Origin: a virus
Length of the DNA: 64,000 nucleotides
IMG/VR virus record: IMGVR_UViG_3300009181_000042
Span: 38,746 to 102,745 of that record
Reading direction: 5' to 3' (one strand)
Shown: positions 1 to 9,027 of the stretch, piece after piece
Position numbering within the stretch: the stretch's first letter is position 1
Layout of the letters: each line of letters begins with the position of its first letter
Translations under genes and position numbers: made by a program
The notes under the pieces: model-generated
What the model was told of the DNA's origin: nothing
The model's database searches: none
What the model saw: the letters and a program-made list of their open reading frames with translations, nothing else

Positions 1-218
1 TCTATGAACAGCTTGATACCTGCTGGTGCCAACCGCCAACCTTGATTCACAAACAGCGCACGGCGTGCTCGCAGCAGTGCAGTTTCTGTGATAGGATCCT
101 GCGCATCAATTATACCTGCACGAGCAACTGCATCAATGCCGTATTGTTGTAACCATGCATCTGGACCCAACGAGCCCAGGTCCCACAAGTGTTGATAAGG
201 CCAATCTTTTTTATCCAC
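1..218 (-). CDS. hypothetical phage protein, truncated by the left window edge
   Basis: GTG at 218 opens a stop-free frame to base 1 (MDKKDWPYQHLWDLG...GWRLAPAGIKLFI). TAAATA lies 4 nt upstream. Confidence 0.6.
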   Translation of the reverse strand, partial: MDKKDWPYQHLWDLGSLGPDAWLQQYGIDAVARAGIIDAQDPITETALLRARRALFVNQGWRLAPAGIKLFI

Positions 219-235
219 TTGTTATTTAATAACGG

Positions 236-457
236 CTAGAACTTGCCGCCGTCTTGTTTGATCTCTGCACTCATGATCTGCTGCTGTAGATCAATCACGA
301 GATCAGCCAGCTCTGCTTCTCTGGACAGCATCACAGCAATGCTTGCAGCCAACACGTCAGCATCCTGCATGGTCAAACGAATCTCTCGGCTGTTGGCCAT
401 CTTGGCTATGCGATGCTTCTCGAGAAAGCTGCGCACCTGGTTCTTCACATCTGTCAT
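236..457 (-). CDS. small hypothetical protein (73 aa)
   Basis: Start reassigned to ATG 457 (MTDVKNQ...DGGKF), giving an ATGA overlap with the upstream stop. Confidence 0.7.
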   Translation of the reverse strand: MTDVKNQVRSFLEKHRIAKMANSREIRLTMQDADVLAASIAVMLSREAELADLVIDLQQQIMSAEIKQDGGKF

Positions 458-933
458 ACTCGTGATACTCTCTTCTTTTGAGCCATGGCATTCTGCATCT
501 CTAGCTTGGTGCGGAACGGGCCAATGAATTGATTTTCTTCTAGCGTCTGTGTGCGTGGACAGTAGCTGCCGGTCCACCCGTGCTCAAAGTCCAGTGCATA
601 GTAACCGGCTGCAAATCTAGCCTTGCTCTTGCTGGCTTTGCTATAGGTAACGATGTCGCCTTCTTCAACGTCAAACACTGCCTTGTGCTTGATTGGATAA
701 CCGTTGATCTGTCCGATCTCGTCTTCTTTGTCATCCTCAGATTCTCTGGCTTCAATGGTAAGATCGCCACCTAGATACCGAGTGAGCTCGTCTGCATCAC
801 CAAATACTTTCTTATCAAACGGACCGATGACCTTGAATCCATCTGTGCTAACCGTGACCAACCCTGTGTTGCTGCCGTCCTTTTCGAGGATGTAACTGGT
901 CTCTGTGAGTTCTTTAAGCTTGTAATGGCTCAT
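454..933 (-). CDS. hypothetical phage protein (159 aa)
   Basis: ORF coupled by 4-nt overlaps to both neighbours. Confidence 0.8.
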   Translation of the reverse strand: MSHYKLKELTETSYILEKDGSNTGLVTVSTDGFKVIGPFDKKVFGDADELTRYLGGDLTIEARESEDDKEDEIGQINGYPIKHKAVFDVEEGDIVTYSKASKSKARFAAGYYALDFEHGWTGSYCPRTQTLEENQFIGPFRTKLEMQNAMAQKKRVSRV

Positions 934-1919
934 GCTGTCTCCATCTTGAGATGGCCTTCATACAGTGCGCTCAAAGTCGCCGAGTAGTCATTCACGTTCT
1001 TCTCGATGCGCACAAGGCCGTTGATGTTGCAGAATCGCATCAGTGCCAGACCCACTTGTTTCTTGGCAACTTGATTGACTTCGTCGACAATGCAACGATC
1101 AAATTTATCAATGAGATCTGGTGGCTGTCGTGTGAGATCGATCAGCATCTTGTTTCGTTCGTAATCGTCGCGCACTCTGTGTTCAGCATTCTCGTGATCT
1201 ACCCACTTGCTGAGCATGAGATTGTTCCACGCATACCCGCGATTATGTCGATCTTCAAACGCAGCTTCTAGCTTGGTCTTGCGCACGCCAGGAAACGCAC
1301 TCATCACGTTGTCACTGTCGTCGCCACGTATGCATTTTTCAAACAGTATCCATTCTGGATTTGGTATTGGCAACTGCTTGCCCTGCTTGTTTATAGCTAG
1401 GTTGCCGTCCTTGTCATAGATACCCTGGTGTGTATACAGCAGGCTAGCGATGCCATTGTATAGTATCACGTTCTCTGAAATCAGCTGCTGGAAGTCGCTG
1501 TCACTTGAGATGATCACATGCTTGTCATCTGGATGCAACTGGATCCAGCGTGCGATCATATCATCTGCTTCTGCATTGGGATGACGCAGCACTGTGCAGT
1601 TGGTCTTGGTCTTGACAAACTCGACAAATCCGTCCATGCTTTCGAAGAACACTACATCTTCTTCGACTTCACGCTCGGTGCGCTTTGCTGCTGCTACCTT
1701 GCGGTTGGCCTTGTATGGCGTATAAACATCCTTGCGCCAGCTGCGACCTTCCAAACAAAACACAGTATGGCTACCCTCGAAGTCAGTCCACACTTTCTTG
1801 ATGCTGTTGAATATGATGTGCAGTGCCATGCCCAGCTGCAGCTCGGTGTTAGGAGCTTTGATGCCGTGACGCACTCTCATGAAGAGATTCTGTGTATCGA
1901 TGATCAGATATGTGGTCAT
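930..1919 (-). CDS. rnh: T4 RNase H-like 5'-3' exonuclease (FEN/PIN fold)
   Basis: Motifs LIIDTQN, SWRKDVYTPYKANR, EADDMIA, IISSDSDFQQL, GDDSDNV-PGV. AAGGAG SD precedes ATG 1919. Confidence 0.9.
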   Translation of the reverse strand: MTTYLIIDTQNLFMRVRHGIKAPNTELQLGMALHIIFNSIKKVWTDFEGSHTVFCLEGRSWRKDVYTPYKANRKVAAAKRTEREVEEDVVFFESMDGFVEFVKTKTNCTVLRHPNAEADDMIARWIQLHPDDKHVIISSDSDFQQLISENVILYNGIASLLYTHQGIYDKDGNLAINKQGKQLPIPNPEWILFEKCIRGDDSDNVMSAFPGVRKTKLEAAFEDRHNRGYAWNNLMLSKWVDHENAEHRVRDDYERNKMLIDLTRQPPDLIDKFDRCIVDEVNQVAKKQVGLALMRFCNINGLVRIEKNVNDYSATLSALYEGHLKMETA

Positions 1920-1940
1920 GATGGACTCCTTACGATAGCT

Positions 1941-1968
1941 ATTGTAACATATCACACGCGATATGCAA
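1941..1968 (-). promoter_or_regulatory. sigma70-like promoter for rnh
   Basis: TTGCAT-N16-TACAAT with TGn extended -10. Confidence 0.5.
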
Positions 1969-1991
1969 TGCCTATCTTATCACATAAATGC

Positions 1992-2666
1992 TTAACCATC
2001 TTTGGACCAGTCGTATCTGTTATCTATCATTGGTGTTCGTTCGGGATCAAGCCGTATCTCTGGCGGCGTCTCTATCCTGCGCTTGATATTAGAGTCTTTC
2101 ATGAGGCGGTCCAGCACTGCTTCTGGCACTGTGGTTGTGTCTATGAGTTCACCTAGTGCAGCTAATGTTTTGTAATTCCATGCATTATACATAGTCTGCG
2201 CCCTAGCTACTCCTATCCAGTCGCATATCAGTGTTGATGTGGGCGGACTCACATAGTGTAACGGATCGAGCCAGTTTAGTCGATTCTGCCCAAAGTTTAT
2301 CATGAGATCGGTCCTGGTGTGCACTATGTAATCGTAATCATACGCAGCTTGTATCTGTTGTAGGGCTGTGAACGATTGATAATACATCCTGAATATGTTT
2401 GATGCAGGATACTCGCCGTAGTTGATCTTATCATAGAATTGTGCACAACGGCGAACTGAAGGCGGGCTCAGCATTATCACGTTGTCAACCAAGTCTTCTG
2501 CGATTACATCTATGGCGTTGTTGTCGCGACAGGTCTTCCAAGTTGCCAGATAGCTGTGTACCTCATCACCACCATCGCTAAACTGCTCTAATAGGTTCTT
2601 GATGTTCTTGTTGACTGCTCCCGCATTCGGTCTTATGGGACCTCTGAATAAAACTGCGATGCGCAT
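1992..2666 (-). CDS. putative glycosyltransferase-like protein (paralogue of 33281 and 34985)
   Basis: N-terminal RIAVLFRGPIR and YDYIVHTRTDL motifs are shared with the two paralogues in the glycosylation operon. Confidence 0.55.
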   Translation of the reverse strand: MRIAVLFRGPIRPNAGAVNKNIKNLLEQFSDGGDEVHSYLATWKTCRDNNAIDVIAEDLVDNVIMLSPPSVRRCAQFYDKINYGEYPASNIFRMYYQSFTALQQIQAAYDYDYIVHTRTDLMINFGQNRLNWLDPLHYVSPPTSTLICDWIGVARAQTMYNAWNYKTLAALGELIDTTTVPEAVLDRLMKDSNIKRRIETPPEIRLDPERTPMIDNRYDWSKDG

Positions 2667-2734
2667 GTTCGGTACCTTGGGTTAATTTCGCAAATATCTA
2701 CGAATTATACAATAGCATTGACTGTTAACGCAAA

Positions 2735-3316
2735 TCAATTCTTGTACCAGTACCAACCATCATTGGATACCATGCGTACTTGCTTGCTGGGTATGCCGTG
2801 TGCTTTTGCCCAGCTGGTAACAGCAAAGTTCACAGAAAACAGATTGGCATCATGTCCTGCAATAAGACCACCTGATCTGATCTTTGGCACGTAGCTGTCT
2901 AGATCTGCCAGCACTTGCTTCATGCTGTGGCCACCATCTATGAAAACGAAATCATACGCATCGTCTTCAAGCTGTGCTGCTGCTTTGGTGCTGTCTGCTC
3001 GCAGGAAATTATAGCGAGACCCCATCAGCGGCATGTTGGCTTGCAATATGGCAAAATTAGCTTCTTGCTCGACTTTGGGTATTGGACGATCCCAGTCCAC
3101 ATATGGTGCATAGTGATCTATGCCTGTCAGGCTAACGATGTTGTGGCATTCGTTGAGCATGAACCAACTGTTCATACCTAGCCCAACTCCGATCTCTAAT
3201 CCCACCGCAGGATACGGGAGACGCATGAGCTCGTCAATTATGCCTCGGCTGGCCTGCTGCTTGTAAATGCGCGGCCATTCTGGGCTATCAAATAGTGTTG
3301 TAAGTGTCTGGTTCAC
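2735..3316 (-). CDS. class I SAM-dependent methyltransferase (Methyltransf_24-like)
   Basis: LEIGVGLG, DFVFIDGGHS, GGLIAGHD. Confidence 0.85.
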   Translation of the reverse strand: MNQTLTTLFDSPEWPRIYKQQASRGIIDELMRLPYPAVGLEIGVGLGMNSWFMLNECHNIVSLTGIDHYAPYVDWDRPIPKVEQEANFAILQANMPLMGSRYNFLRADSTKAAAQLEDDAYDFVFIDGGHSMKQVLADLDSYVPKIRSGGLIAGHDANLFSVNFAVTSWAKAHGIPSKQVRMVSNDGWYWYKN

Positions 3317-3323
3317 GTATTAT

Positions 3324-3845
3324 TTATGGCTTTTGCCACAGCCAGCTCTTAACTCCGTGCGATTCCCATAAGCTGCCTTCAAACAATTGGTACCCTGGCA
3401 CTAATTCGTTGCAGGCCTGTTCTATGCCATTGATGTTATCTGGTGCCCAATCGTGCCCACCTATGTAACCGCCTGATTTTATCTTAGGCAACCAAGCATT
3501 GATATCAGCTGTTACTGATTCGTAAGAGTGATCAGCATCGATGTATACAAAATCCAAGCTTGAATTGTCGTACTCTGTAGCAGCCTGCACGCTTCCTGTG
3601 ATCACAGGTTTGAAATGATCTTTTAACACTGTTAGACTAGCAGAGAAGCTATCGCCTATGTCAACTAGGTCAAGCTTTATCTGCTTGCCGCTATTGACTA
3701 TCTCTACCAGCATGTATGCTGCACTGCAACCACAATACACACCAACTTCAACAAAGTGTGCAGACTCTGGTGCAGAGTCCACCATCTTGGTATAAAGTTC
3801 TTGGAAATCAAACCAGCCCGGAATGTCTTTATAAAAATGATCCAT
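3324..3845 (-). CDS. class I SAM-dependent methyltransferase (Methyltransf_24-like)
   Basis: VEVGVYCG, DFVYIDADHSYE, GGYIGGHD. Start moved to ATG 3845 (MDHFYKD) to avoid overlapping the upstream gene. Confidence 0.85.
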   Translation of the reverse strand: MDHFYKDIPGWFDFQELYTKMVDSAPESAHFVEVGVYCGCSAAYMLVEIVNSGKQIKLDLVDIGDSFSASLTVLKDHFKPVITGSVQAATEYDNSSLDFVYIDADHSYESVTADINAWLPKIKSGGYIGGHDWAPDNINGIEQACNELVPGYQLFEGSLWESHGVKSWLWQKP

Positions 3846-3852
3846 GCAGTAT

Positions 3853-4446
3853 TTAACTGTGCTCAGTCTTGCCGTCATCTCTGCGAATACGACGCACGTT
3901 GCTAACAAATTCTGGATCTGTGGGTGCCATCTCGTTGAGTATGCTGTTGCAGACATCATTCAGCCAACGGTTGATGCACTCTTCGTCAGTACCTTGGTAA
4001 CCGTTGCCCCGCAGTGATTCTACGAATGCAGGGTTGTAGTCTAGCTCAAAGAAAGTCTTGCTAGGGTCAACTGGGTCCCAGCTGATCTTGGGCATAGCCA
4101 TGTATGGCTCGTTAGCAATATCAGCACGCTTGCGCTCGTGTTCGTGTGCAGATATGCGATTGTGCTTGAGATCAACTTCTAGCTTGGCCAATGCCAGTGC
4201 TTGCTCGGCAGTATTGTCCATCTCTGCTAGCCGGGTGTCGTGATCATACGCTGTCATCTTGCCGTATGCTAGATCAATGGCCATTATGCGCTTGGTAAAC
4301 TCTGGTGAGTCGATGCCGTGCTCGATCTTGGCTACTTCGACATCTAGTTCATATCCTGACAGATAGTATTCTGCTTCGGCTAGCTGTCGGCTCTTGCCTT
4401 TTAAACCCCAGCTGCCTGGTAACCAGTTAAATGGTATCTTGCTCAT
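3853..4446 (-). CDS. hypothetical phage protein (197 aa)
   Basis: Long ORF abutting the queE stop. Confidence 0.8.
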   Translation of the reverse strand: MSKIPFNWLPGSWGLKGKSRQLAEAEYYLSGYELDVEVAKIEHGIDSPEFTKRIMAIDLAYGKMTAYDHDTRLAEMDNTAEQALALAKLEVDLKHNRISAHEHERKRADIANEPYMAMPKISWDPVDPSKTFFELDYNPAFVESLRGNGYQGTDEECINRWLNDVCNSILNEMAPTDPEFVSNVRRIRRDDGKTEHS

Positions 4447-4447
4447 G

Positions 4448-5359
4448 TTATCTTCCTATCACATTGCTAAAGATCCAGCAGTGTATACGAGCTGCTACGT
4501 TGTATCCGCGTTTGAGCGCTTCTTCAGTAACCCACATCTGCACATCTTCTTGTTCTTGTCTAGTAGCGCCAACTGGCATAACCCACACTGGCCAGTCTAC
4601 CCCAACTGCACGGAATGCATCAACTGCACGTTCTAACTCATCCCAGGTCCGTGTATCTTTGTCCAACACAAACTTCAGCTGCCCTGCGTCGCTAAGCAAC
4701 CTGTACTGCTTGATGATGTCTGGTTTGATAGCTGCATCCCAGCTCTCGCCGCTGGTACCCAGCTTAGGGCTGCAACTCCAAAACACTTCACCGTCATACA
4801 TACCGCGGTTGGCAAAGTACTCTTCGAAATTCTTTCGCAGTGCTTGTGTGCCGTTGGTCTCGATAGTAATGTGTCGCGGGCTGTCGTTTTGCATGCGTAA
4901 CGTGTTCATGATATCTACGATACCAGTTTGGCTCATCATTGGCTCGCCGCCAGTGAATGCCAAGTGCACGTCTTGTCCACTGCGAGGATGTTTAAAGCTA
5001 TGGCCCTGCAATCTTGAACGAAAATCTGCACAGATCTCTTCTGCTGTGCTCTGATGTGCCAAGTGTCCGTACTTGGTGCTCCAGCTGTAGCTGCTATCAC
5101 ATCCTGTGGTCCAAACTGGCAGTTCGTCCATGCTTTTGATGCCTGCTGCCGCTGGATCGTAGTCTTTGTAATGTAGTTCGTATGTGCTTGTATCTCTTGG
5201 ATCTTTTTGTCCAAAACCGTCACAATTGAAGTTACATCCCCAGAAGCGTATCCACACTGTTGGATGCCCAGCATACTTGCCTTCTCCCTGGATGGTAGGA
5301 GTTGGACCGTCATTGCCACCAAATACTTCGCTGTATCGGTATTTCTTAACTGAGCTCAT
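4448..5359 (-). CDS. queE: 7-carboxy-7-deazaguanine synthase (radical SAM)
   Basis: YSEVF..TIQGEG, IRFWGCNFNC...GCDSSYSW, FTGGEPM, TIETNGT, SCSPKL, LKFV. Clustered with queD and folE. Confidence 0.9.
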   Translation of the reverse strand: MSSVKKYRYSEVFGGNDGPTPTIQGEGKYAGHPTVWIRFWGCNFNCDGFGQKDPRDTSTYELHYKDYDPAAAGIKSMDELPVWTTGCDSSYSWSTKYGHLAHQSTAEEICADFRSRLQGHSFKHPRSGQDVHLAFTGGEPMMSQTGIVDIMNTLRMQNDSPRHITIETNGTQALRKNFEEYFANRGMYDGEVFWSCSPKLGTSGESWDAAIKPDIIKQYRLLSDAGQLKFVLDKDTRTWDELERAVDAFRAVGVDWPVWVMPVGATRQEQEDVQMWVTEEALKRGYNVAARIHCWIFSNVIGR

Positions 5360-5537
5360 TGTTTGCCTCATCAGTGCTGTGTTCGCTGTGTGTTGAATCA
5401 AAGATGTCATCAACAGTGTCATGCCATCCCATTTGGTCTAATGCCGAATCTATCCGCACAACCTGCTTGACAGGTTTACCATCCTTCATCACTGTTATGG
5501 TCCAAGTACCGTCTGGGTTTTGAAATGATTCAGGCAT
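5346..5537 (-). CDS. small hypothetical protein
   Basis: Fills the gap in the operon with short overlaps on both sides. Confidence 0.6.
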   Translation of the reverse strand: MPESFQNPDGTWTITVMKDGKPVKQVVRIDSALDQMGWHDTVDDIFDSTHSEHSTDEANNELS

Positions 5538-5778
5538 GTGTCTCTGCTGAGTCTCTTTTGAGTTGATAAAGCATTATAGCTTGATCCAGCAGCTCGCGCA
5601 AGTCCGGATCGGTTTCAGCAGCACGTATTACGTCGCGTAATAAGCTTAGCTGCTTGCCATTCTTTGGAATGAGTGAGTTATTATTACCCGACAACAACCG
5701 TCTATCAGTTTTACCAAATTCTCTTACATACACAGTTTTACCACCGTCTGGGCTTTCGTATATTTTAGGGTTGGACAT
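5530..5778 (-). CDS. small hypothetical phage protein
   Basis: MSNPKIYESPDGGKTVYVREFG; AGAGAGA precedes ATG 5778. Confidence 0.7.
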   Translation of the reverse strand: MSNPKIYESPDGGKTVYVREFGKTDRRLLSGNNNSLIPKNGKQLSLLRDVIRAAETDPDLRELLDQAIMLYQLKRDSAETHA

Positions 5779-6859
5779 GTCGTTCTCTCTGTGTGCGCAG
5801 CTGTCCATGCAACCCGTGATAGCCACGAGTTGTGAACAACTCTCGATTGTGTTTTATGGTATTAAAGTCGGATATCCAGCATTGAGTGAGAAACTGTGAT
5901 TCCATCTCGCATATTCTCTTGGCTTCTGAAAGCCATGCATCTAGCCTAGTCTGCCAGTCTGCTATGTAATCGTAGGAATAATCTATCCAGTTTGGTAACT
6001 GGAACCCTCTTGCATGTATGTCTTTGACCAATCCGCTGTAACCAAACGGTAGTATAAAATGTCCTTTGATCAACGGATCGTAAGTCTTTTCTGTGATGCA
6101 ACCTGCTAATTCGCCTGTGGTTACCGTTTCTACATAGATACTGACATGACTGGTCTCATAATAATGATTAGCCGCTGGTAACCAGCAACCTGCCCCTTTG
6201 TTAACAAGCACTGCATCGATACTAGGATCACAATCCTCTGGTTCTAAAAAATACGCATTGCTTTCATTCGGGTAATATCCTTGATAACCTTTGAGCAAAT
6301 CTAACAACATGCGTCTGGCTATCATTCGAGGTTCTTCGGCATACTCTTTATAAAACCGTGTGGGACTAAGGTAATTAACACAGTTTATCTTGTTTGATAC
6401 AAGTTCATTGAGTGTGTAGCTGCGTTCTGTAGAAGACCATATCCATGGCCCAACTGGGTATTTTTGATACATATTATCAACAAAATATGCCTTTTGTCGA
6501 TTCCACATGATATCGTAAAAAACGTGCTTAGGGTTTAAATTCTTTTGATTATGGTGCACAACTGTTACTCGATCAGTCAAGGTAGAGAACTGGTTGGCCA
6601 GCATGTCAGTGTTTAATTCAAAATCTTGGTTATCTTGCATATGAAAAAGATTTAAAATCGCTAAAGTCTGGCCTTGGTATATGGATCTTAACTCGTTGAT
6701 TATTTCATCAACTGTACTCCATATCATAACAGGTATAATGTCTGCATCAGCCGGGTCGGATACATATTGCCATAGGTGATCTTCAATGCGAAACGGTATC
6801 ATATGGCTAGACATGTCTGCGCATATCTTGCTTTCTAGCGGTGGTATATATAACTTCAT
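5765..6859 (-). CDS. putative glycosyltransferase (GT10/fucosyltransferase-like C-terminal motif)
   Basis: SIYVETV...ITEKTYDPL...PFG...GF...IDYSYD resembles the ITEK nucleotide-sugar-binding motif. Confidence 0.5.
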   Translation of the reverse strand: MKLYIPPLESKICADMSSHMIPFRIEDHLWQYVSDPADADIIPVMIWSTVDEIINELRSIYQGQTLAILNLFHMQDNQDFELNTDMLANQFSTLTDRVTVVHHNQKNLNPKHVFYDIMWNRQKAYFVDNMYQKYPVGPWIWSSTERSYTLNELVSNKINCVNYLSPTRFYKEYAEEPRMIARRMLLDLLKGYQGYYPNESNAYFLEPEDCDPSIDAVLVNKGAGCWLPAANHYYETSHVSIYVETVTTGELAGCITEKTYDPLIKGHFILPFGYSGLVKDIHARGFQLPNWIDYSYDYIADWQTRLDAWLSEAKRICEMESQFLTQCWISDFNTIKHNRELFTTRGYHGLHGQLRTQRERHVQP

Positions 6860-7053
6860 CAGAGATCTGTGGGTGCGACTGGTTCAACCTTGCGCACAAC
6901 CACACGCCCGGTGGCTTCGTCAGTGTCCCAGTTGATAGTGTCGCCTACTTTCCATCCCAGCTGTTCCATGAGGTCCTCTGGAAACTGTAGAAACAGTTCA
7001 CCGTTTTCATCCTCTTGCACGTCTATGATCATGCTGTGTTTGATATCAGTCAT
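6859..7053 (-). CDS. AbrB/MazE/SpoVT-like DNA-binding protein
   Basis: GELFLQFPEDLMEQLGWKVGDTINW swapped-hairpin pattern. Confidence 0.65.
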   Translation of the reverse strand: MTDIKHSMIIDVQEDENGELFLQFPEDLMEQLGWKVGDTINWDTDEATGRVVVRKVEPVAPTDL

Positions 7054-7282
7054 CGTTAGTCTCCTTGCCTAGTGTTGCCGGCGAATGATCCAAGTATGGT
7101 TCACGCTGTTGGTTCATGTAGAAATACGCATCCTCATCGGTGATGGTCACACAGAGATCGCTGTGATGTATGTCATAGTCTACAAACTCGCCGTTGTCTT
7201 TGTATACCCTGAACACCCAAGCTTGCTCGCCAAACATAGGTAGCAATACTCCTTTGACACCGTTGGCCGACTGTGAGTTCAT
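7046..7282 (-). CDS. hypothetical protein
   Basis: Coupled ORF in operon. Confidence 0.7.
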   Translation of the reverse strand: MNSQSANGVKGVLLPMFGEQAWVFRVYKDNGEFVDYDIHHSDLCVTITDEDAYFYMNQQREPYLDHSPATLGKETNDD

Positions 7283-7776
7283 CAGTGGTCATCCCTGGTT
7301 AGTGCACGCCACATTTCAGCCTGCTGTCGCAGGTCCTCATATTCTTGTTCCATGTGTTTGAGCTGGTGCAGCGCAGCGTCCATGATTTGCTGAATAGCAG
7401 AATCTATGGCTACATCATACGACTCGCCTAGCTCGCGCATGGGTTCATAGTCGCATTCAAGTGTGTGATCGCGCTGCATGATGCCCATTAAACGCTCTAA
7501 TCTGGCCAAGCGTGCAAACACACCGTCGTTATCGTGTGTGGTATCACTCTGGAAGATATCGCCCTTGCCGTCGCCCTTGCCGCTGACACGAATTGCTACC
7601 TTATTGGGTGTTGTATTTGCCCAAACAAGTGATGCTGCAGTTGAATTGTTATATATCTGCCCGGCCCCGCTAGGCGAACTTGAAATAGTCAAAGGCCCGC
7701 TTGCCGAAAGGCTAGTTGTATAACCGCCTATACTGATTGCCGAGTCAATGTCCACACTGTTAACAGGGCAAGTCAT
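7282..7776 (-). CDS. hypothetical protein
   Basis: TGATG-coupled on both sides. Confidence 0.7.
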   Translation of the reverse strand: MTCPVNSVDIDSAISIGGYTTSLSASGPLTISSSPSGAGQIYNNSTAASLVWANTTPNKVAIRVSGKGDGKGDIFQSDTTHDNDGVFARLARLERLMGIMQRDHTLECDYEPMRELGESYDVAIDSAIQQIMDAALHQLKHMEQEYEDLRQQAEMWRALTRDDH

Positions 7777-8069
7777 CAGTGCCTCAGGCTATGCTGCATG
7801 ATGATACTGGTCAGTTCTGGACCCAGTTCAGCATCTTCATGTATGATGTATAGCTCGCGGTTCGTGCGATCCTTGAGATTATCGTAGCTGCTGATCTCTA
7901 TGACTCGCCCACCGACTGCATCATGCACACGTATATTAGCTGATTCACGACTATCTAAATCTCGGCTAATAGATACTGACTTTATTACTGCCGAGCTGTC
8001 GCGATTTTCTCGTGCAGCCTCCCAGGCTTTCTTTGATTGCTTTTGGAACCACCTGTCAAACCATTTCAT
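7776..8069 (-). CDS. hypothetical phage protein
   Basis: Coupled ORF, MKWFDRWFQKQSKKAW. Confidence 0.75.
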   Translation of the reverse strand: MKWFDRWFQKQSKKAWEAARENRDSSAVIKSVSISRDLDSRESANIRVHDAVGGRVIEISSYDNLKDRTNRELYIIHEDAELGPELTSIIMQHSLRH

Positions 8070-8452
8070 TTTTTAACCCCCACCTTTCCGTTATATAACT
8101 CAGCCCAGGCTCTAGCAGGCATCATGCTAATATCGTCAACCCACACATCTTTGTAGGTAGAGCCTCTTGTGCTAGTTGCATTTTTTGGATAGGCTCTTTT
8201 CATTTCATTCTCAAGTACCTGCTCGCGCAGCCTATCCATATCTCTGCGTAACATCTGCATTTCTCTATCTGTGCGTTGCTGCGAGTTGCGCATCTGTGTA
8301 AATGGCCCATCTACAGCATCTTCCTGATTGCGTGTGAGTGCGACCAGCATTACCAAGCTGCTCAGCGCATTTTGTACACGCGGATCGTCGCTTGTGATCG
8401 CCGCGTCAAATACTTTGATCATTTGCTCAAAATCAATCATGATATTCTCCAT
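8066..8452 (-). CDS. hypothetical protein with coiled-coil segment
   Basis: ATG 8452 overlaps the queD stop (TAATG). Confidence 0.7.
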   Translation of the reverse strand: MENIMIDFEQMIKVFDAAITSDDPRVQNALSSLVMLVALTRNQEDAVDGPFTQMRNSQQRTDREMQMLRRDMDRLREQVLENEMKRAYPKNATSTRGSTYKDVWVDDISMMPARAWAELYNGKVGVKK

Positions 8453-8946
8453 TAGATTAGTTCCTCGTTCCATTCGCGATGGCCCTCGCGGAACGCCATG
8501 TTGGACTGCGTCTCACGCACTTCTACACGATAGCACCACAAGCGTTCTGATTCACCGGGTCCCCACAGGTCTGGGATGTAAACGCCGTTGACATACTTGT
8601 ATAACATGTCAGCCAAGCCTTCGCAACCAAGCCGAGGCAGTATGGTCAGCTTGGCCATCTTCTTGCTCTGCAGCAGCTTGAATGTTTCTAGTTCTGGATC
8701 GTCTTCAGCTACCAACAGTGTGTGATCAAACTGATCTTCCAACGTCTTCTTGAGCTCCTTGAGACCGCCGTAGTCAGCTGCCCAGTTGCGAACATCTAGA
8801 TTATCTGTCCCAAAGTAAAACTTCATGCTAAATGAATAACCGTGTATGGTGTTGCAGTGGCTGTCTGCTCGCCATTGCCTATAAGCACAGGGGAATGCAT
8901 CGTGATATTCCTTGGTGCTGGTGTACTTGTATGCTACTGGTGTCAT
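8452..8946 (-). CDS. queD: 6-carboxy-5,6,7,8-tetrahydropterin synthase
   Basis: SHCNTIHGY (CxxxHG), DYGGLK, FDHTLL, VEVRET; AGGAG SD. Confidence 0.9.
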   Translation of the reverse strand: MTPVAYKYTSTKEYHDAFPCAYRQWRADSHCNTIHGYSFSMKFYFGTDNLDVRNWAADYGGLKELKKTLEDQFDHTLLVAEDDPELETFKLLQSKKMAKLTILPRLGCEGLADMLYKYVNGVYIPDLWGPGESERLWCYRVEVRETQSNMAFREGHREWNEELI

Positions 8947-8953
8947 GGTCTTG

Positions 8954-9020
8954 CTCCTATGTTAATAATACCATAGGCTGCAGAATTTGTATAGCGGGAA
9001 TGAAGCCCAAAGCGCCGCTT
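8954..9020 (-). ncRNA. candidate cis-regulatory structured leader (riboswitch-like) of queD
   Basis: Stem AGCGG/CCGCU; loop UGGGCU can pair with downstream AGCCUA; a competing CCUAUG/CAUAGG hairpin covers the SD. Confidence 0.45.
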
Positions 9021-9027
9021 GTTGTAC

